Shown here one piece after another: positions 36,491 through 49,903 of a stretch of DNA of 64,000 nucleotides. The stretch's first letter is position 1, and the number at the start of each line of letters is the position of its first letter. Made by a program: the position numbers and the translations under genes. Origin of the DNA: Enoplolaimus lenunculus (Eukaryota); assembly GCA_030248215.1 (NCBI GenBank), contig JASANG010003810.1, positions 186,001-250,000 of the forward strand, given 5' to 3'. Under the pieces are notes generated by a model that saw only the letters and a program-made list of their open reading frames with translations, searched no databases and had not been told where the DNA came from.

Positions 36491-37421
36491 TTGGCGAGAG
36501 AATTTTTGATATAACCAAGACTGGATGATCACTGTAACAAGAGTGTGCAACTACTGAAATTTGTGTTGTACAAAATGTACCACCGGGCGTTGCATTTTTG
36601 GCAGACCGCCCCCTCTTATTTGGAGGGGGGTCGTTGATGTTTGAAACGTAGAATGCGCATGTGTTTAAATGTATAAACAGAGTTTAGTTTACAACGGCAA
36701 CATTTCAACATGTATAATTGAAAAAATTGTCATATTTGACCCCCCCCCCACATAAATAATGGGGGGTCGGCCTAAAAAGCAAAGCGCGCTGAGTACATTC
36801 TTTACTACAGCGAATGTACCCTGTTGCATACTCTTCTGGAAACCATTATCCAGCCTTGATATAACTTATCACCAGTAGGTAAATCAGTAGTGTACCAAAA
36901 ACTTCGGATTGGCACTGGTCGGCACCGTAAGAACGACTAAAATACAGGGTCCTAAAAATAGATTCAGACCTGTAGTCCGATCACCTTGATAAGAGCTAAA
37001 CATTTTTCAACAGGGGCGTGCAAGGGTTTTTGATGACTTACAAGCAATGTTGGAAATTTTCTAGGGGGCGGGGGCAAATTTCTTTCAGGCGGGCTTGGCC
37101 CCCTTCCGGCCGCCACCTTAGCAACGGACCCAGATTAGTTTGCCAAACTTTTAATTATTAGTTCAGTAAGACCACACAACGAACTATCACTACCAATCTC
37201 AACTTTAGAACTAAATAATTGAAATAAATCTGTAGTTCCATTCATGACCCGTATGCTCGAATGTGTAGAGTAGCACCTATAACCAGTTGATGATATGTCT
37301 TATAACTTTTGAACCAGAATTTGCTCTACTTCTGTACCGATTTTTAGTTTAAAAACTGCAATAGTTAGTAGGTTTGAAAATTGCTAACGTGTGATAGTTA
37401 CTGTATACATTTGAGAATATT

Positions 37422-37593
37422 GGCCGATATATCAATGACATACCGAGAATAGAGTCAATTTAAGCTTTAGACTAAATTTTTTTGATTAGGGTTAGGATTA
37501 GGCTTAGAAATACGCTCATCGTTACGTTTACGCTTAGGCTTACGCTTAGGAATATGCTTATACTACTGTTCCGGCCCTGTTCTATACATGGGC
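37422..37593. mobile_element. Telomeric-repeat MITE (family D2)
   Basis: Right TIR ...TTCTATACATGGGCC, TTAGGC core. Confidence 0.75.
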
Positions 37594-38589
37594 CCAAAAA
37601 CGAGTAAAAATTGGTTCCTATGATAGAATTGAAAAACCGTGAGTGCTGGTTAAATATGAGTTACATTACAACAATGAATATGGATTGAGATTGCGACAAC
37701 CTGCCCCCCTTGCCGATATACACCTATCGTATATAGATTGTACCGATATTTTAAATTAAATACCACAAACGACATATACAAATCTTTATTTTAGTGTTTG
37801 TTTTACGTCGAACGAAATACTACGCACTGAAAATTCCAGTGAGTTGATTAATCAACTCAAAGAGTGAATTAGTAATTTCTGGTTTATTTAGGAGGTCAAT
37901 AACAGTAAATATTAACTCACTCTGAGTTGATTTAATTCCGAACGAGTTCATTAATTAAATCAGAATGAGTTCAATCGATTTATAATTCTGAGTTGTGAAA
38001 CACCTCATTCTGAGTTCAGAGTTCTGAATAGGATTCAACTCATTCTGAGTTGAAATCAACTCACTGGAATAGTGTGTGTACTGTACGACAAAATATGTTA
38101 TGAAGCCAGCCAAAGAATACTTAAATAATGAGGGTAATACCATTAATAGAAACAATTTTCAAACATACAACTCTAAAATGCTTTATATGAATTATTCGGC
38201 TTTCAAGAAATACGGATATATTTCAAAGTAAGCGGTGTCCTCACGCGCTGGCATTCTGCTAACAAGCAAGCATTCGGTAAATTGTCGTTCTTGCGGTATC
38301 GCGAATTATAATTCAACTCAACGGCTGGTACACCGTAAATTTCAGTGAGTTGGTTTAAACTCAGAGGAGTTCAATGACTCAGTCTGAGTTAGGACTATCG
38401 GAACTCAAGATTTTGAGTTGATTCAATTCATTATGAGTTAATTAATCAACTCACCCAGAGTCAGATCAACTCATAGTAAGAATCAACGAAACGCGAAGTG
38501 AGTTAAAGTTTTCTGTTGTTAACACAGAAAGAACTGAAACTTTCTATCTGAGTTGATTAATTTACTCATTTAGAATTTACAGAGTAAAC

Positions 38590-38773
38590 GGCCCATGTTA
38601 GTTTAAGGGGCGTCCAGGTTTCGTGTGGGTCTACAAAATAGTAGGTTTAGATTTTAGATTGCATTTTTTGCTTAGGCTTAGGCTTAGGCTTAGAAACTCA
38701 TTTATGCAACGCTTAGGCTTATGCTTATGAAAACGTTTAATCTACTGTTACACCCTTTAATGTAACATTGACA
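38590..38773. mobile_element. Telomeric-repeat MITE (subfamily D3)
   Basis: GGCCCATGTTAGTTTAAGGGGCGTCC left end; TSD GAGTAAAC/GCGTAAAC. Confidence 0.75.
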
Positions 38774-39587
38774 GCGTAAACAATAAACATAAAAGGCAGT
38801 TTGACAAGAAAACCGCGAAAGAAAAATTTGGAATATTAATTGTTTCTCTGGCCAATATTTAGAACAGGACTGGAACAGTAGTAAAATCATATCCTTAAGC
38901 CTAAACCTAAGCGTTAGAATGAACTTACACTGTAAATTCCAGTGAGCTTATTTTAACTCAGAATGAGCTGAGTCACTCAATCTCAGTTAGCACTATCACA
39001 ACTTGTAATTCTGAGTTGATTAAACTAATTCTGATTTTAATTAATCAAGTTTCTCGGAATTAACTCAACTCAGAGGGAGAATCCACTCAACTAAGAGTGG
39101 AGTTTTACTGTTATTAAACTCAGAACTAACTAACTTTCCGTCTGAGTTGATTGATTAAACAATTGGAATTTACAATGGATATCAAACCCTAAGCCTAAAG
39201 CGTTATCCTTGTGGACGTTTAGATTGGAGGATATTTTCGGTATGACATCAAAAAATTCAAATCCAAGCTTTTTTGGGCGTATAAAGGTGGTATAATTGCA
39301 GTATGGTCTATTTAAATTCAGCGGATTATAGCAAATAATATCCTCGAGCATTATTCTATTAAATAACAATGACATAATACTCAGATGAAATAAAATAGTT
39401 TAATTATATAGTTATCACTAGATCGCGTGCTTTAAGATTTGCCGCAATATTAGAACTTTCCACCAATTACTAAACGATTTCTTTCTTACAACGATTTAGG
39501 ATTTCTAAAAATTCTGTGACTTAAACTATTAAAAATATTGTGGATTTTGCGCCACGGTGTCTGTGAATCTGTGGCAAACTTTGAACA

Positions 39588-39888
39588 AATAATTTTTGAA
39601 TTTTTTCAGAATAAAATAATTTTTGAATTTTTACAGAATAAAATAATTTTTTGAATTTTTACTGAATAAAATAATTTTTGAATTTTTACAGAATAAAATA
39701 ATTTTTGAATTTTTACAGAATAAAATAATTTTTGAATTTTTACAGAATAAAATAATTTTTGAATTTTTACAGAATAAAAATTTTTTGAATTTTTACAGAA
39801 TAAAATAACTTTTAAATTTTTACTGAATAAAATAATTCTTGAATTTTTACAGAATAAAATAATTTTTGAATTTTTACAGAATAAATTT
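39588..39888. repeat. 27-bp AT-rich minisatellite, ~11 copies
   Basis: Unit GAATAAAATAATTTTTGAATTTTTACA. Confidence 0.93.
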
Positions 39889-40844
39889 TCTATTTTAAAA
39901 TTTTGTGACCAGCGGTTTTAGTATTGTATGACATTTTACAGGGTATTCACGCTAGTTTATCACAACTTTGCAGATTTTTCAAACATATCATACGAATACA
40001 AACAATAGATGTCACATTAGAACAGCAAACAATTCAAATTTTTTGAATTTGATAGCATATCAACATGCATACAATATATTACACACTATTGTAATAGGGC
40101 TAAAACGTGTTCCATGACTTCCAGGTTGCACCAGTAATAGCGAAAACCCCAGCTGCAAATATTTTCAAAACAACATTCTGATTGACCAATCAAACTGCAC
40201 GTGCAAGATATCCAAGCGACTTGCCGTTGCGTTCACAGGTGCAAATTAAATTCAATAGCATCAATTCCAGTGAATAATTTGCAGTTGCCAGAACTTCAAA
40301 TCTGCTTTGTGACCAAATATGTATACATGCAAGTTTACAAGTTTTTGCTGCAAAAACTTGCACGTGTGAATAGTTACTTAGTGGTATATGTATCAAAATT
40401 TAAAGTATTTAAGTCCCCTTCAAACAAAAAATTCTGGCTACGCCCATGAGTGTCGGTGATGCATATTTCAACAACAATACGCCGCAACTGAGCATATCTT
40501 CTGTGTAGACGAGAATGCACCAGTCACCATTGCGTTTTTCTCTTGCTTTATCATTTATGAAGGTCAAAATCATAAAATCAGAGAAAATTTTAATTTCGAT
40601 GCATGGAAGAAAACTGCAATGTTACTTTTAGTACCATAACCCAAGCCTAAGCGTATTCCTAAACCTACGCGTAAAAAATAAGTGTTAATCCTAAGCGCAA
40701 GCAACAATAGTCTAAACTCTAATCCTATTCTATTGCAGTCGTGCAAGAAAACGGGACGGATCTAAAAGTAACATTGGCCGTAGACTTGATGTCCGTGTTC
40801 ATTCTCGACCTAAACCTTTAGTCTTTTCTATTTTGAGGTGAGTT

Positions 40845-41016
40845 CAGGCCCGTAGCCAGCTCACCATTGCTAGGGGGGGCACGAAAAATTTTTCAGGAGG
40901 GGCATTCACTGATTTTCAATGCCTTTATACAAGCAAGATTGAAAATCTTCTAGAGGGGGGCCAAAATTTTTCCAGGGTCGTTGAGACCTCCAGCCCCCAC
41001 TTTGGCTACGGGCCCG
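40845..41016. mobile_element. hAT-like MITE family E
   Basis: 8-bp TSD GGTGAGTT. Confidence 0.85.
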
Positions 41017-41501
41017 GGTGAGTTCTGATCTAGTCGACCCCTCATTGAATTACGGCAACCAGCGTTTAAGAAGGTTGCATACCAGTGTCAAATAAGTCTC
41101 ATTGTCGAATTTTGGTTTATTAACACTTTCCCTAAGTCCCACATTCCCTATGCAGTAATTCAAAGCTTACCTTTTTGCCACTACCGAGACAACCTCAAAA
41201 GTGCTTGCGCTAGGCCGTAGTCAGCTCACCTTGCTAGGAATGCGCTAAAAAAAATTCACAAACGGCATACAAGGGTTTTTGATGACTTTCAAGGACGGTT
41301 GAAAATTTTCTAGGGGCCCCAAAATTTCCCCAGGGTGGGCTGAGCTGTTCTCGCTCCCTGGTGGCTACGGGCCCGGCTCGGGCACGTAGAGCGTTTTAAA
41401 CTATTTCAAATTGGTTGATTTTCAACTTGAATTGTTGGACTGTTTCAAAATCCTAAACAACAGAGTTTCTTTTAGATTGTAAACATTTAAATATATAGAG
41501 T

Positions 41502-42149
41502 ATGTCATTGCTTATTACAAGGACAACAATAATAATTACAGCTCTTCAGTCAGTAACCCCCTCACCAGACATTTTCCCATCTGACACGAGCAATCACTAC
41601 ATGAATTTCGAGTCTTCAACAGCGAATCAACCACAGAACTCAGTCATCGCTTTGTCTACTTCAACGTCCATTTTCCCACGCTTCACACTACGCGAGAATA
41701 ATTTCCAAACATTTCCGTCGCGTGAAAAATTTTCACACTCTCGTCACGTCATTAGACGCAGTGGGAAATTTACTCACGCTCATTACGTCATCAGACGACG
41801 TGGGAAATTATCCTATGGACATCATATTCGTGAGAAATTATCTTTTGGACGTCATATTCGTGGGAAAAAATCACACGCTTATGCGAGCGCTGCGGGAATT
41901 TGGCATAATCACAGCGTGGGAAAACGTTGGTTATTCGCACAAGATTACAATCGTGCGCGTGCGATGCGACAACTAACCAAAGTATTGCAACCTCCGTTGT
42001 GGCGAAACTACACAAATCGCAAGACGTTTGACAATTTCGATCGTGGGAATTTACTTGACAACGAGCAAATAATGTTCAGAGGATACACTTTGACACCCGG
42101 ATGGCAAAATCGCATTCGTAATCAACTGTTTACGAATATTTTATTTTGA
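41502..42149 (+). CDS. Hypothetical 215-aa basic protein, possibly secreted
   Basis: Long ORF for AT-rich DNA, outside the recognisable MITEs. Modestly hydrophobic N-terminus, short HxIR..GK repeats and a GKR site; TTTCTTTAG acceptor ~25 nt upstream. No family recognised. Confidence 0.35.
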   Translation: MSLLITRTTIIITALQSVTPSPDIFPSDTSNHYMNFESSTANQPQNSVIALSTSTSIFPRFTLRENNFQTFPSREKFSHSRHVIRRSGKFTHAHYVIRRRGKLSYGHHIREKLSFGRHIRGKKSHAYASAAGIWHNHSVGKRWLFAQDYNRARAMRQLTKVLQPPLWRNYTNRKTFDNFDRGNLLDNEQIMFRGYTLTPGWQNRIRNQLFTNILF

Positions 42150-43021
42150 TAAAACACAACCGACAACACTATAGTAAATCTACCATAACCCATGTAAAGA
42201 TCTGGGGCGGAACGTTTTTCTGTGAGACTGCAATAAAAAGTAAAGCTTATAAACCTTTAGACTAATTTTTTTTGCTTAGTCGTCTTCGGCTTAGGTTTAG
42301 GTATAAATTCATCGTTGCACTTTGGCTTAGGCTTTAGGTTTAGGAATATGCTTATACTACTGTTACAGCGCTGTTGTAAACATTGACTTGAACCAGTAAT
42401 TAAGTTTTAATTGTTTGATCGGGCGGGACGTAACCTTTGTGTCATTTTTTGAGAGGATAAAAATTTAATAAAAGAAACTATTTTGACCTAAATCCAAAAG
42501 GATATCTTAGATCCTGGTTAAATGTTCTAATTTCCGGTCTACAGAATTTTCGGGTACCGATATATTATACTCTATTCCTCTCCTATCGCATACGTCTCTA
42601 TAATTTAACCCACTGCCGGCGTTAATATCGCCGCCCCACAACACGTCCGACGGGCTCCCAATAAAATGTTTCGCAGCTCTAAAAATCATGGTCCACGAAA
42701 AAAGTTGTTTCAGTTCCCCAAGATGGTGTACCTCAAAGGTCGAAGCCTAGCCCCCAATTGTGAGTTTAGGACGCGACCGGCAGTGCAGATTTGAACCGAA
42801 AAATCTGAGATTTTAATGACGTCACTGAGAAATTAGTCGTTTCTGTATCCGATAAGTATCAGCTTTTCATAAAGTATATTATACTCAATAAAAATTAAAC
42901 CAATTGTAAATTGGTCAAAATACTTAGCCAGTTCAAGCTTAGTTTAGTCATGATTTAAACCAAAACGATGGACTCAAAACGTTTCTAGGTGACACGTTTA
43001 ACCTTTAAATCGTCTGATTTA

Positions 43022-43416
43022 CTGTAGTGACCCGAATGAGAGATGAGTAATAAGAGAGATCTCCATTTTGAGTCCCAATGAGTTGGAGTCTATATTGCTA
43101 ATACGGGTCCGTAAGCTGATCGAGTCAATAAACCTTAATTAGAGTCCATAAATGTCAATTACCCCTAACTGTAGTGCATAAATGACTCCAGGACCAAATA
43201 AAGATGAGCTCGAATGTTTAAAGCATGCTTAAGTTTGAAAATAAAACCCTATAAGTATAACCTTGCATTATCGCCTATTATGAAGCTTTTGATACAAACC
43301 GGGTATATATCAATTACGAACGGTAGCCGAGGGTGGGTTAAAAATAAATAACAGGAGGATTCCCTCTGGAGAGGCCAAATAAACATTAGTCTCCCCTCTT
43401 ATTCGGGTCAGTACAG
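43022..43416. mobile_element. TA-flanked Tc1/mariner/pogo-like MITE (family F, ~400 bp)
   Basis: TA|CTGTAGTGACCCGAAT...ATTCGGGTCAGTACAG|TA; relatives at 51611-52036, ~47083-47450, ~13690-13903, ~2125-2300. Confidence 0.78.
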
Positions 43417-43760
43417 TATACGCATAATATATTGTGATCAAAGTCGCGTCGAAACATCTGCTCATAGAGTACGAATTGTGGAAAATTGAACTTAAACTTT
43501 CTTCTGCTAAGGCGTAGGGCTTGGGTATAGGCTTTTTCTTACGCTAAGGTTTTGCGGAATATATATGCTTTGTTCAGTGGGCTTTTGAAACTTAGTTTTG
43601 TCTTCAAACACAGGGGCCAATTTTAGGCCACCCTCATTGTTTGTGAGGGGTTGGCGATGCGTCGAACGCCCTGTACAAATATGATATGCTGTGTAAATCT
43701 GCACCGGTGTATAAAAGTTATCTGTTTAACTCTGATACGCCCAAATATGCGAAAAATTTT

Positions 43761-43956
43761 GGTCCACGTATAGAACAGGGCCGGAACAGTAGTATAAGCA
43801 TATTCCTAAGCCTAAGCATAAACCTAAGCGTATGGATGAGCCTATTCCTAAGCCTAGGCCTAAGCTTAAGCCAAGCAAAAAAATTAGTCTAAAGCTTAAA
43901 CTGACTCTATTATAGCCCCTCCGGAAATCGATCCGGCACTGTTCTATACATGGGCC
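43761..43956. mobile_element. Telomeric-repeat MITE (family D2)
   Basis: 8-bp TSD AAAATTTT. Confidence 0.88.
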
Positions 43957-44364
43957 AAAATTTTAATATCAGACTATTTTCGAGCGAACTCTGGCTGCGG
44001 AGGAAATGTTACCTAAAACACTCTATATTTTAAATTGACCACTTTCCAAACGATTCAGTTGAGCTTTGAAACCAGGTATAAGGATGCGATTGGACTCAAC
44101 GTCACGTAAAATCCCGATCAGTTCAACTCCAGTGTTATTTTTAAAGTCAGGCCGTCCTTGATGAGATGTCCATTCGCCAAATTCAAATGGTGCTAGAATG
44201 AACGTTGCGTCTTGCAATAACAACACAAATTTTTGCAGTACTGCGATAATCTAGCACGCAACTGAACTCAGCAAGCGAGACTTTACTACCTGCAATTAAT
44301 AGCCAAAAGCTTTGAAAATATTACTTTAAAGTAATTATTTATTACTTTTCATAATATCTATCTA

Positions 44365-44576
44365 CACTGCAAAAAATGGTGAGTAAAATGAACTCTCTCC
44401 GAAACAGGCTGTACGGGACTACACACACTGAGTCAAATTCGACTCCGCGCCAGAATCAAAAGCGCGACTCAGTGACGCGAATTTGACTCTGGCAGAGTCG
44501 AATTTGGACTCAATTTGTGTAGTCAGGAAAAGCCTATTTCGGAGACAGTCTATTTGACTCATCATTTGTTGCAGTG
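44365..44576. mobile_element. Palindromic CACTG MITE family B
   Basis: TA|CACTGC...GCAGTG|TA. Confidence 0.82.
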
Positions 44577-46140
44577 TATGTCTAATAATTAACTAAGATA
44601 TGTCTGTAAATTTAGCTAAAGTACAACACTAAACAAGCTGAATTCTCACGGAGCTTTGACCACCTACCAGCTCACCGTTTCAGAGCAACTAAACAATCAT
44701 TTTGACTGGCTTTCGCAGCAACTTTTACGTGATTAAATTGTGTTTAGTCAGGAAAAGCCTATTTCGGAGAGAGTCAATTTGACTCACTATTTTTGCAGTA
44801 CACAGTAAAATGGTAAATAGTTTATCATCCGTACGTGGCGGACTTGATCGAACGTCGGCCGGAAGGGGTCCGGATCTCGATCATGCGGACATGGACCGAA
44901 CTGGATCGCAGCATTCCGTGGCTAGAATCCTTAAGAAAATTTAGACTGACCCGGTTCGGTCCATACTAATAGTATAGGCTAATATATGGAACAGATCGGA
45001 ACAGTAGTAAGAGCATATTCCCAAGCCTAAGCATAAGCAAAAAATAGTCTAAAGCATATGCTTACTGTATTCCAGACTCACGGAATAACGTTCCGGCCGT
45101 GATCTGTACATGAGCACTAGTATGGACACCTTGATCCATAGTATTCAGTAAAAAGCATGTGCTAAGTGTGTATGAAACCTAGCATAATCCTAACCTAAGC
45201 CTAAAGCAAAAAAATGTATATAACCTGAATCTAAACCTACTCTTTTATAGACCCATCAGAAACCTGGACGCCCCTTTAAGTAACATGGGCCATCTTCGTT
45301 ATCAAGTCCTCTGCCCAAAAGAGGGAGCTCGACCTTGAGCAATGGCAGCGGTAAACGTAGCCACGGGCCCGTAGCCAAGGTGGAACCACGGGGGGGGGGG
45401 GGCTCAGCCTGGAAAACGTATATATGGTTCGCCTAGAAAATCTTCAACCTTTGCTTGTAACTCAACAACAACCCTTGTATGTGCCGATGTAAAAAATTTT
45501 AGCCCCCACAGAAAAATGAGCTGGGTACAGGCCTGCGTAGTCAGTATTTCACGTTGATGAACTCAAGGCTGCACGATTTTAGCCAAACTGGAACTTGGCT
45601 GTGGTGCAGTGTGTAAAATTTTGAAATTCTGTCCCTCGATAAGCTTATTATCTGGTTGAACGGGGACCCAGTAATTTTTCAGGAAGTTTTAATTTAATGA
45701 ACCCAACCCTGAAAACCCTTTTCAGGTTAAAATCACTTGGATTTTGCACAGTGTCGCACAGCCTAAAGCTCATATTCAACAAATTTACAACCAGTAATGA
45801 GAAATTCAAATGCAGTGTATACCTAGTCGGATGGCACAAAATTTTAGACAGAACAATAAATACATGTAAAGATCAGGCGCGGAACGTTTTTCTACGGGAC
45901 TGCAATAGAGTAGACTTACGCGTTAGATCATTTTTTGCTTAGGCATCGGCTTAGGCGTAGCTTTAACCTCATTCTTACGCTTAGGCTGTGGAATATGCTT
46001 ATACTACTGTTACAGCCCTGTTGTATTAGTCGAAAAATAAAACAGTGTTATAATCATTTCAATAGTTTAAGGGGTTAAATTTTGTTACTGAAAAATCATT
46101 GTCAAATTGTACGTTTGTTTTCGAACTCGTATCCGGTATG

Positions 46141-46304
46141 CAGGACCGTAGCCAGCTCATCTTTCTACGGGGAGGCTAAGAATTTTTCAGGAGCGGCATG
46201 CAAGGATTTCGTTGACTTACAAGCAAGATTGAAACTTTTCTAGGGGGGCAAAAATTTTCCAGCGAGGCTGAGCCCCCCTGCCCCCTCCGTGGGCTACTGG
46301 TCCG
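46141..46304. mobile_element. hAT-like MITE family E
   Basis: 8-bp TSD CCGGTATG. Confidence 0.85.
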
Positions 46305-46710
46305 CCGGTATGATTTTACTTAAAAAACCCATCATTGTAGGACCAAGTTCAGTGCTTTACTTAGAATTAAGACTATACTTTTTTGGACGTCCGGCGCCGT
46401 CTGTCACCCGTCCGGTGTCGTCCGTCACTGTGCAGTATCGTACGCAAATAACTCACATACGATAACGTATGGTAACGGACGGTGACGAACGGCGCCACAC
46501 GTCAAGTATAGCGCAACCCATACTGTACCAAATTTCTGAACAATTAAAAATATATCTTGAGGAGACAGAAAACAATAGATGAAACCTTTATTTTCTTTAA
46601 AAATTCCAAATTATATAAAGTTTAAAATATAAATGTATCCGTTTAAAAGTTTTGATTCTCAACTGCGTGTAGTATCTATTGAAAGTTATAGTTCTAATAA
46701 ATTATTCAGT

Positions 46711-46890
46711 CGGTCCATGTATACCCCAGGGCCGGAACAGTGGTATAAGCATATTTCTAAGCCTTAAGCCTAAGCGTAAAGATAAGCCTATTTCTAAGCC
46801 TAAGCCTAAGCAAAAAAGTTAGTCTGAAGCTTAATTTGACACTATTACAGCCCTGCAGGAAAACGTTTCGGCCCTGTTCTATACATCGGT
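46711..46890. mobile_element. Telomeric-repeat MITE (family D2)
   Basis: TIRs and GCCTAA core. Confidence 0.78.
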
Positions 46891-48379
46891 CTTTCAGTTA
46901 ATCGGAATGCCGAATTTACGAATCTTATAAATTCCGTACGGTGCAAATAAAGTTAAATATTTAAATTTAAGCCAAATTGGTTCTTCGAAAACTGGCTGTC
47001 TTTGACCTTAAACAAGCCAAAATTTTCGTCACTCAAAACAAAATACCTGCTTTGCATATCGAAGCTGGATTGCATCGGCTTACTGTAGAGATCTGAATAA
47101 GAGGGGGGTAATAAGACGGAGGCGGTCCCCATTTTGAGTCCCAATCAATAGGAGTCCGTATCTATAATATGAGTACGTAAGCGGATAGAGCTCCTAAACC
47201 CTAATTAGAGTCCATAAATGTCAATTTTCCCTAATTGTACCGCATAAATGACTCCAGGACCAAATAATGTTGAGTACGAAACTTTAAAGCGAACTTAAGT
47301 TTTGAAAGTACATTCCTAAGTATAACCTTGCATTATCGCTCAAGCTATTGACACAAGACAAATAAACGTTTCATTCAACGGATAGTTGCAATACCGAATA
47401 TGTACCAGTAACGAACAGTGGCGGAGGGTGGGTTAAAAATAAATAACAGTCCTATATTTTGAAACTAATCAAACGCCAACTATGTGACACAACCTATAAT
47501 CCAACTGGTAACAGGTGGTGCTACATACACAGCAAAGTCTATTTTGGAGAGAGAGTCAATTTGACTCACCATTTTTTTGCAGTGTATACTCTTAAGAATA
47601 CGGACCTCAAATTGCAATTTTATCAAATCTTACAAATTGTAATCACTCAAGGTTCAGCCGGAAAACTAAAATTACACAAACGGGCAGGGCTAAAAATTTT
47701 AGAAAATATCTAAATATTTACAGCGTATACACTGTAGAAATATACGCTTGTCTTTGAATTCTCTGAATCAAAACTGACGATAGGATGAATAAATATTTTT
47801 TTCCTTCATGTCTATACGCTATTGGCTGTTTTAGAATCAAATTTAGTTCACTAGTATGGTTATAGTGTTCAATGGATATATAAATACATATGTATATACA
47901 TATATAATATATCTAGAAAAATCTAGGTATAGATTACTGACTATATATGTTTGAGCAGGGCTTTTACTACTGGGACGAAACAGGACTCGGTTCCAAAACG
48001 TGATCGTTAGTTTGGACCAACTTTCTTCGGCAGAATTAAAAGAAACTTTCGAAAAATATCCTTGCTACTTCTGAGACAAATCTTACTCCATGGGCTAATA
48101 ATTCCTAGCTAACAAGGGTGTGTTTGTATAGAAAATGCCTACGTAATACATTTTTACGTATATATCTATGTAATATATATAATTTTAGCTTTTGAATGTA
48201 TGAAACTGAAAAAAATTTTCACGTCTATATGAAATTTTACTATATGATTTAAAAATACGGAAATTCTCGGCTATTAATGTTTAAGTATAGTTTCGAAGAA
48301 TTGGGTTTGTTTGAATATAAAAACAGGCAAAAAAATTAATACAAAAATTGGCCAAGTAAAGAACTTAACACCAGTAAAT

Positions 48380-48892
48380 CACAGGTTATGCAATTTAACT
48401 GGCAACCTGAGCCGGAATCCTGAAAGCCGACGCCTGCATCTGGTTTAATCCAGCCACTGGCTTTACCGTTACTAATATTTTTGCCGTTTCCCAGAATCCG
48501 TGCAGGTCTAACCCCGTTAGAGTTACACCAAATTTCCCACAAATCTAAATCCGTTAGATTTGGCCCAACCACCGTGGTTTCCTTCACATCCTATGCCACC
48601 GTGACTATTCTTACACGAATTCAATTCAACCTTAGTTACCAATAAACTTCCGCCTTTAACCAAGATACGCCAACGCAATTCACAAAATTATAGGTAATAT
48701 ATGCACACTTAACGCAGAAATTAGACGACCGATTTGACTAGCTCCAAAAACCAAACTGATTCCGGTCCTGGCTACCCTTTCCTGCATCTCGACCTCATTT
48801 GCATTTCGCCGACACCCACAATTGGGTGTCCGCTATGCGGTTGAGGTCCAGAGCCACACATCCGGTACACTTCCGCAACAACAACAACAATG
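48380..48892 (+). pseudogene. Possible decayed non-LTR retrotransposon fragment
   Basis: Broken frames with PLDLAQPPW and GYPFLHLDL..CPLCG, ending in a (CAA)5 tail. Confidence 0.3.
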
Positions 48893-49714
48893 TTAGACAC
48901 TCATACCATAAAGCACCATATTGGTGCTGACATAGCCTAGCTATGTCGTTATTCGCAATATAGGCCAGCCAACTTGAAATGCAACATTAATCAGCCACAG
49001 GGCCGAACAGTATTACAAGCATACTTTTAAGTCTAAGCCTAAGCCTAAGCCCAAGCATAAGCCTAAGCCTAAGCATAAGCCTAAGCTTGTGGGTTTATAA
49101 AAGAGTAGATTTTAATTCTAGATTATACATTTTTTCGGTTAGGCTTAGGCTTAGGAACTCATTTTTGCAACGCTTAGGCTTAGGCTTAGGAATACGCTTA
49201 TTCTACTGTTACGCCCCTTAAAGTAACATTGGCCATGAATTTTCATTAGAAACCAACTTCTGAATCGTATGCCTTCGCTTATAAAGTAGGGCTCTCTGCA
49301 GACCTGCCTTCCTTGGTTCCTTAAATAATCAAAAGGCCGAAATCTTAGGTATACCTCTCGTACAGGCCCCTAGCCAGCTCACCTTGCTGGGGGAGCTAAA
49401 AATTTTTTAGTAGAACCATTCAAGAATTTTCAATGAGTAACAAGCAAGGCTGAAAATTTTCTAGGGGGGGCCTAAATTTTTGTGGAGGGGGCTGAGCTCC
49501 TTCTGTCCCCTCCCTTGGCTACGGGCCCGTAATCGCACAATAAATGAAAAAATAAAATAAAATTAAAAAATTATGTCTTAGCATAAAATTTAACTATCAA
49601 AAATCGTTTTAGTGCTATGAAATTTATCGCATCTATGACGTGTATTTGTTTACCTTTTGCTATGTTTTGCTAATATGCTTCAAGTCCACAACCTGAAATG
49701 GTAGGTGGTAGGTG

Positions 49715-49903
49715 CACTGCAAAAAAACGGTGAGTCAAATTGTCTCTCTCCGAAATAGGCTTCTCGTGACTACACAAACTGAGCCAAATTCGACTCCGCC
49801 AAAGTCAAACGTGCAACTCAGTGAGTCGAGTTTGACTCAGTTTGTGTCGTCCGGCAAATCCTATTTCGGAGAAAGTCAATTTGACTCACCATTTTTTGCA
49901 GTG
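49715..49903. mobile_element. Palindromic CACTG MITE family B
   Basis: Long TIRs. Confidence 0.8.
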
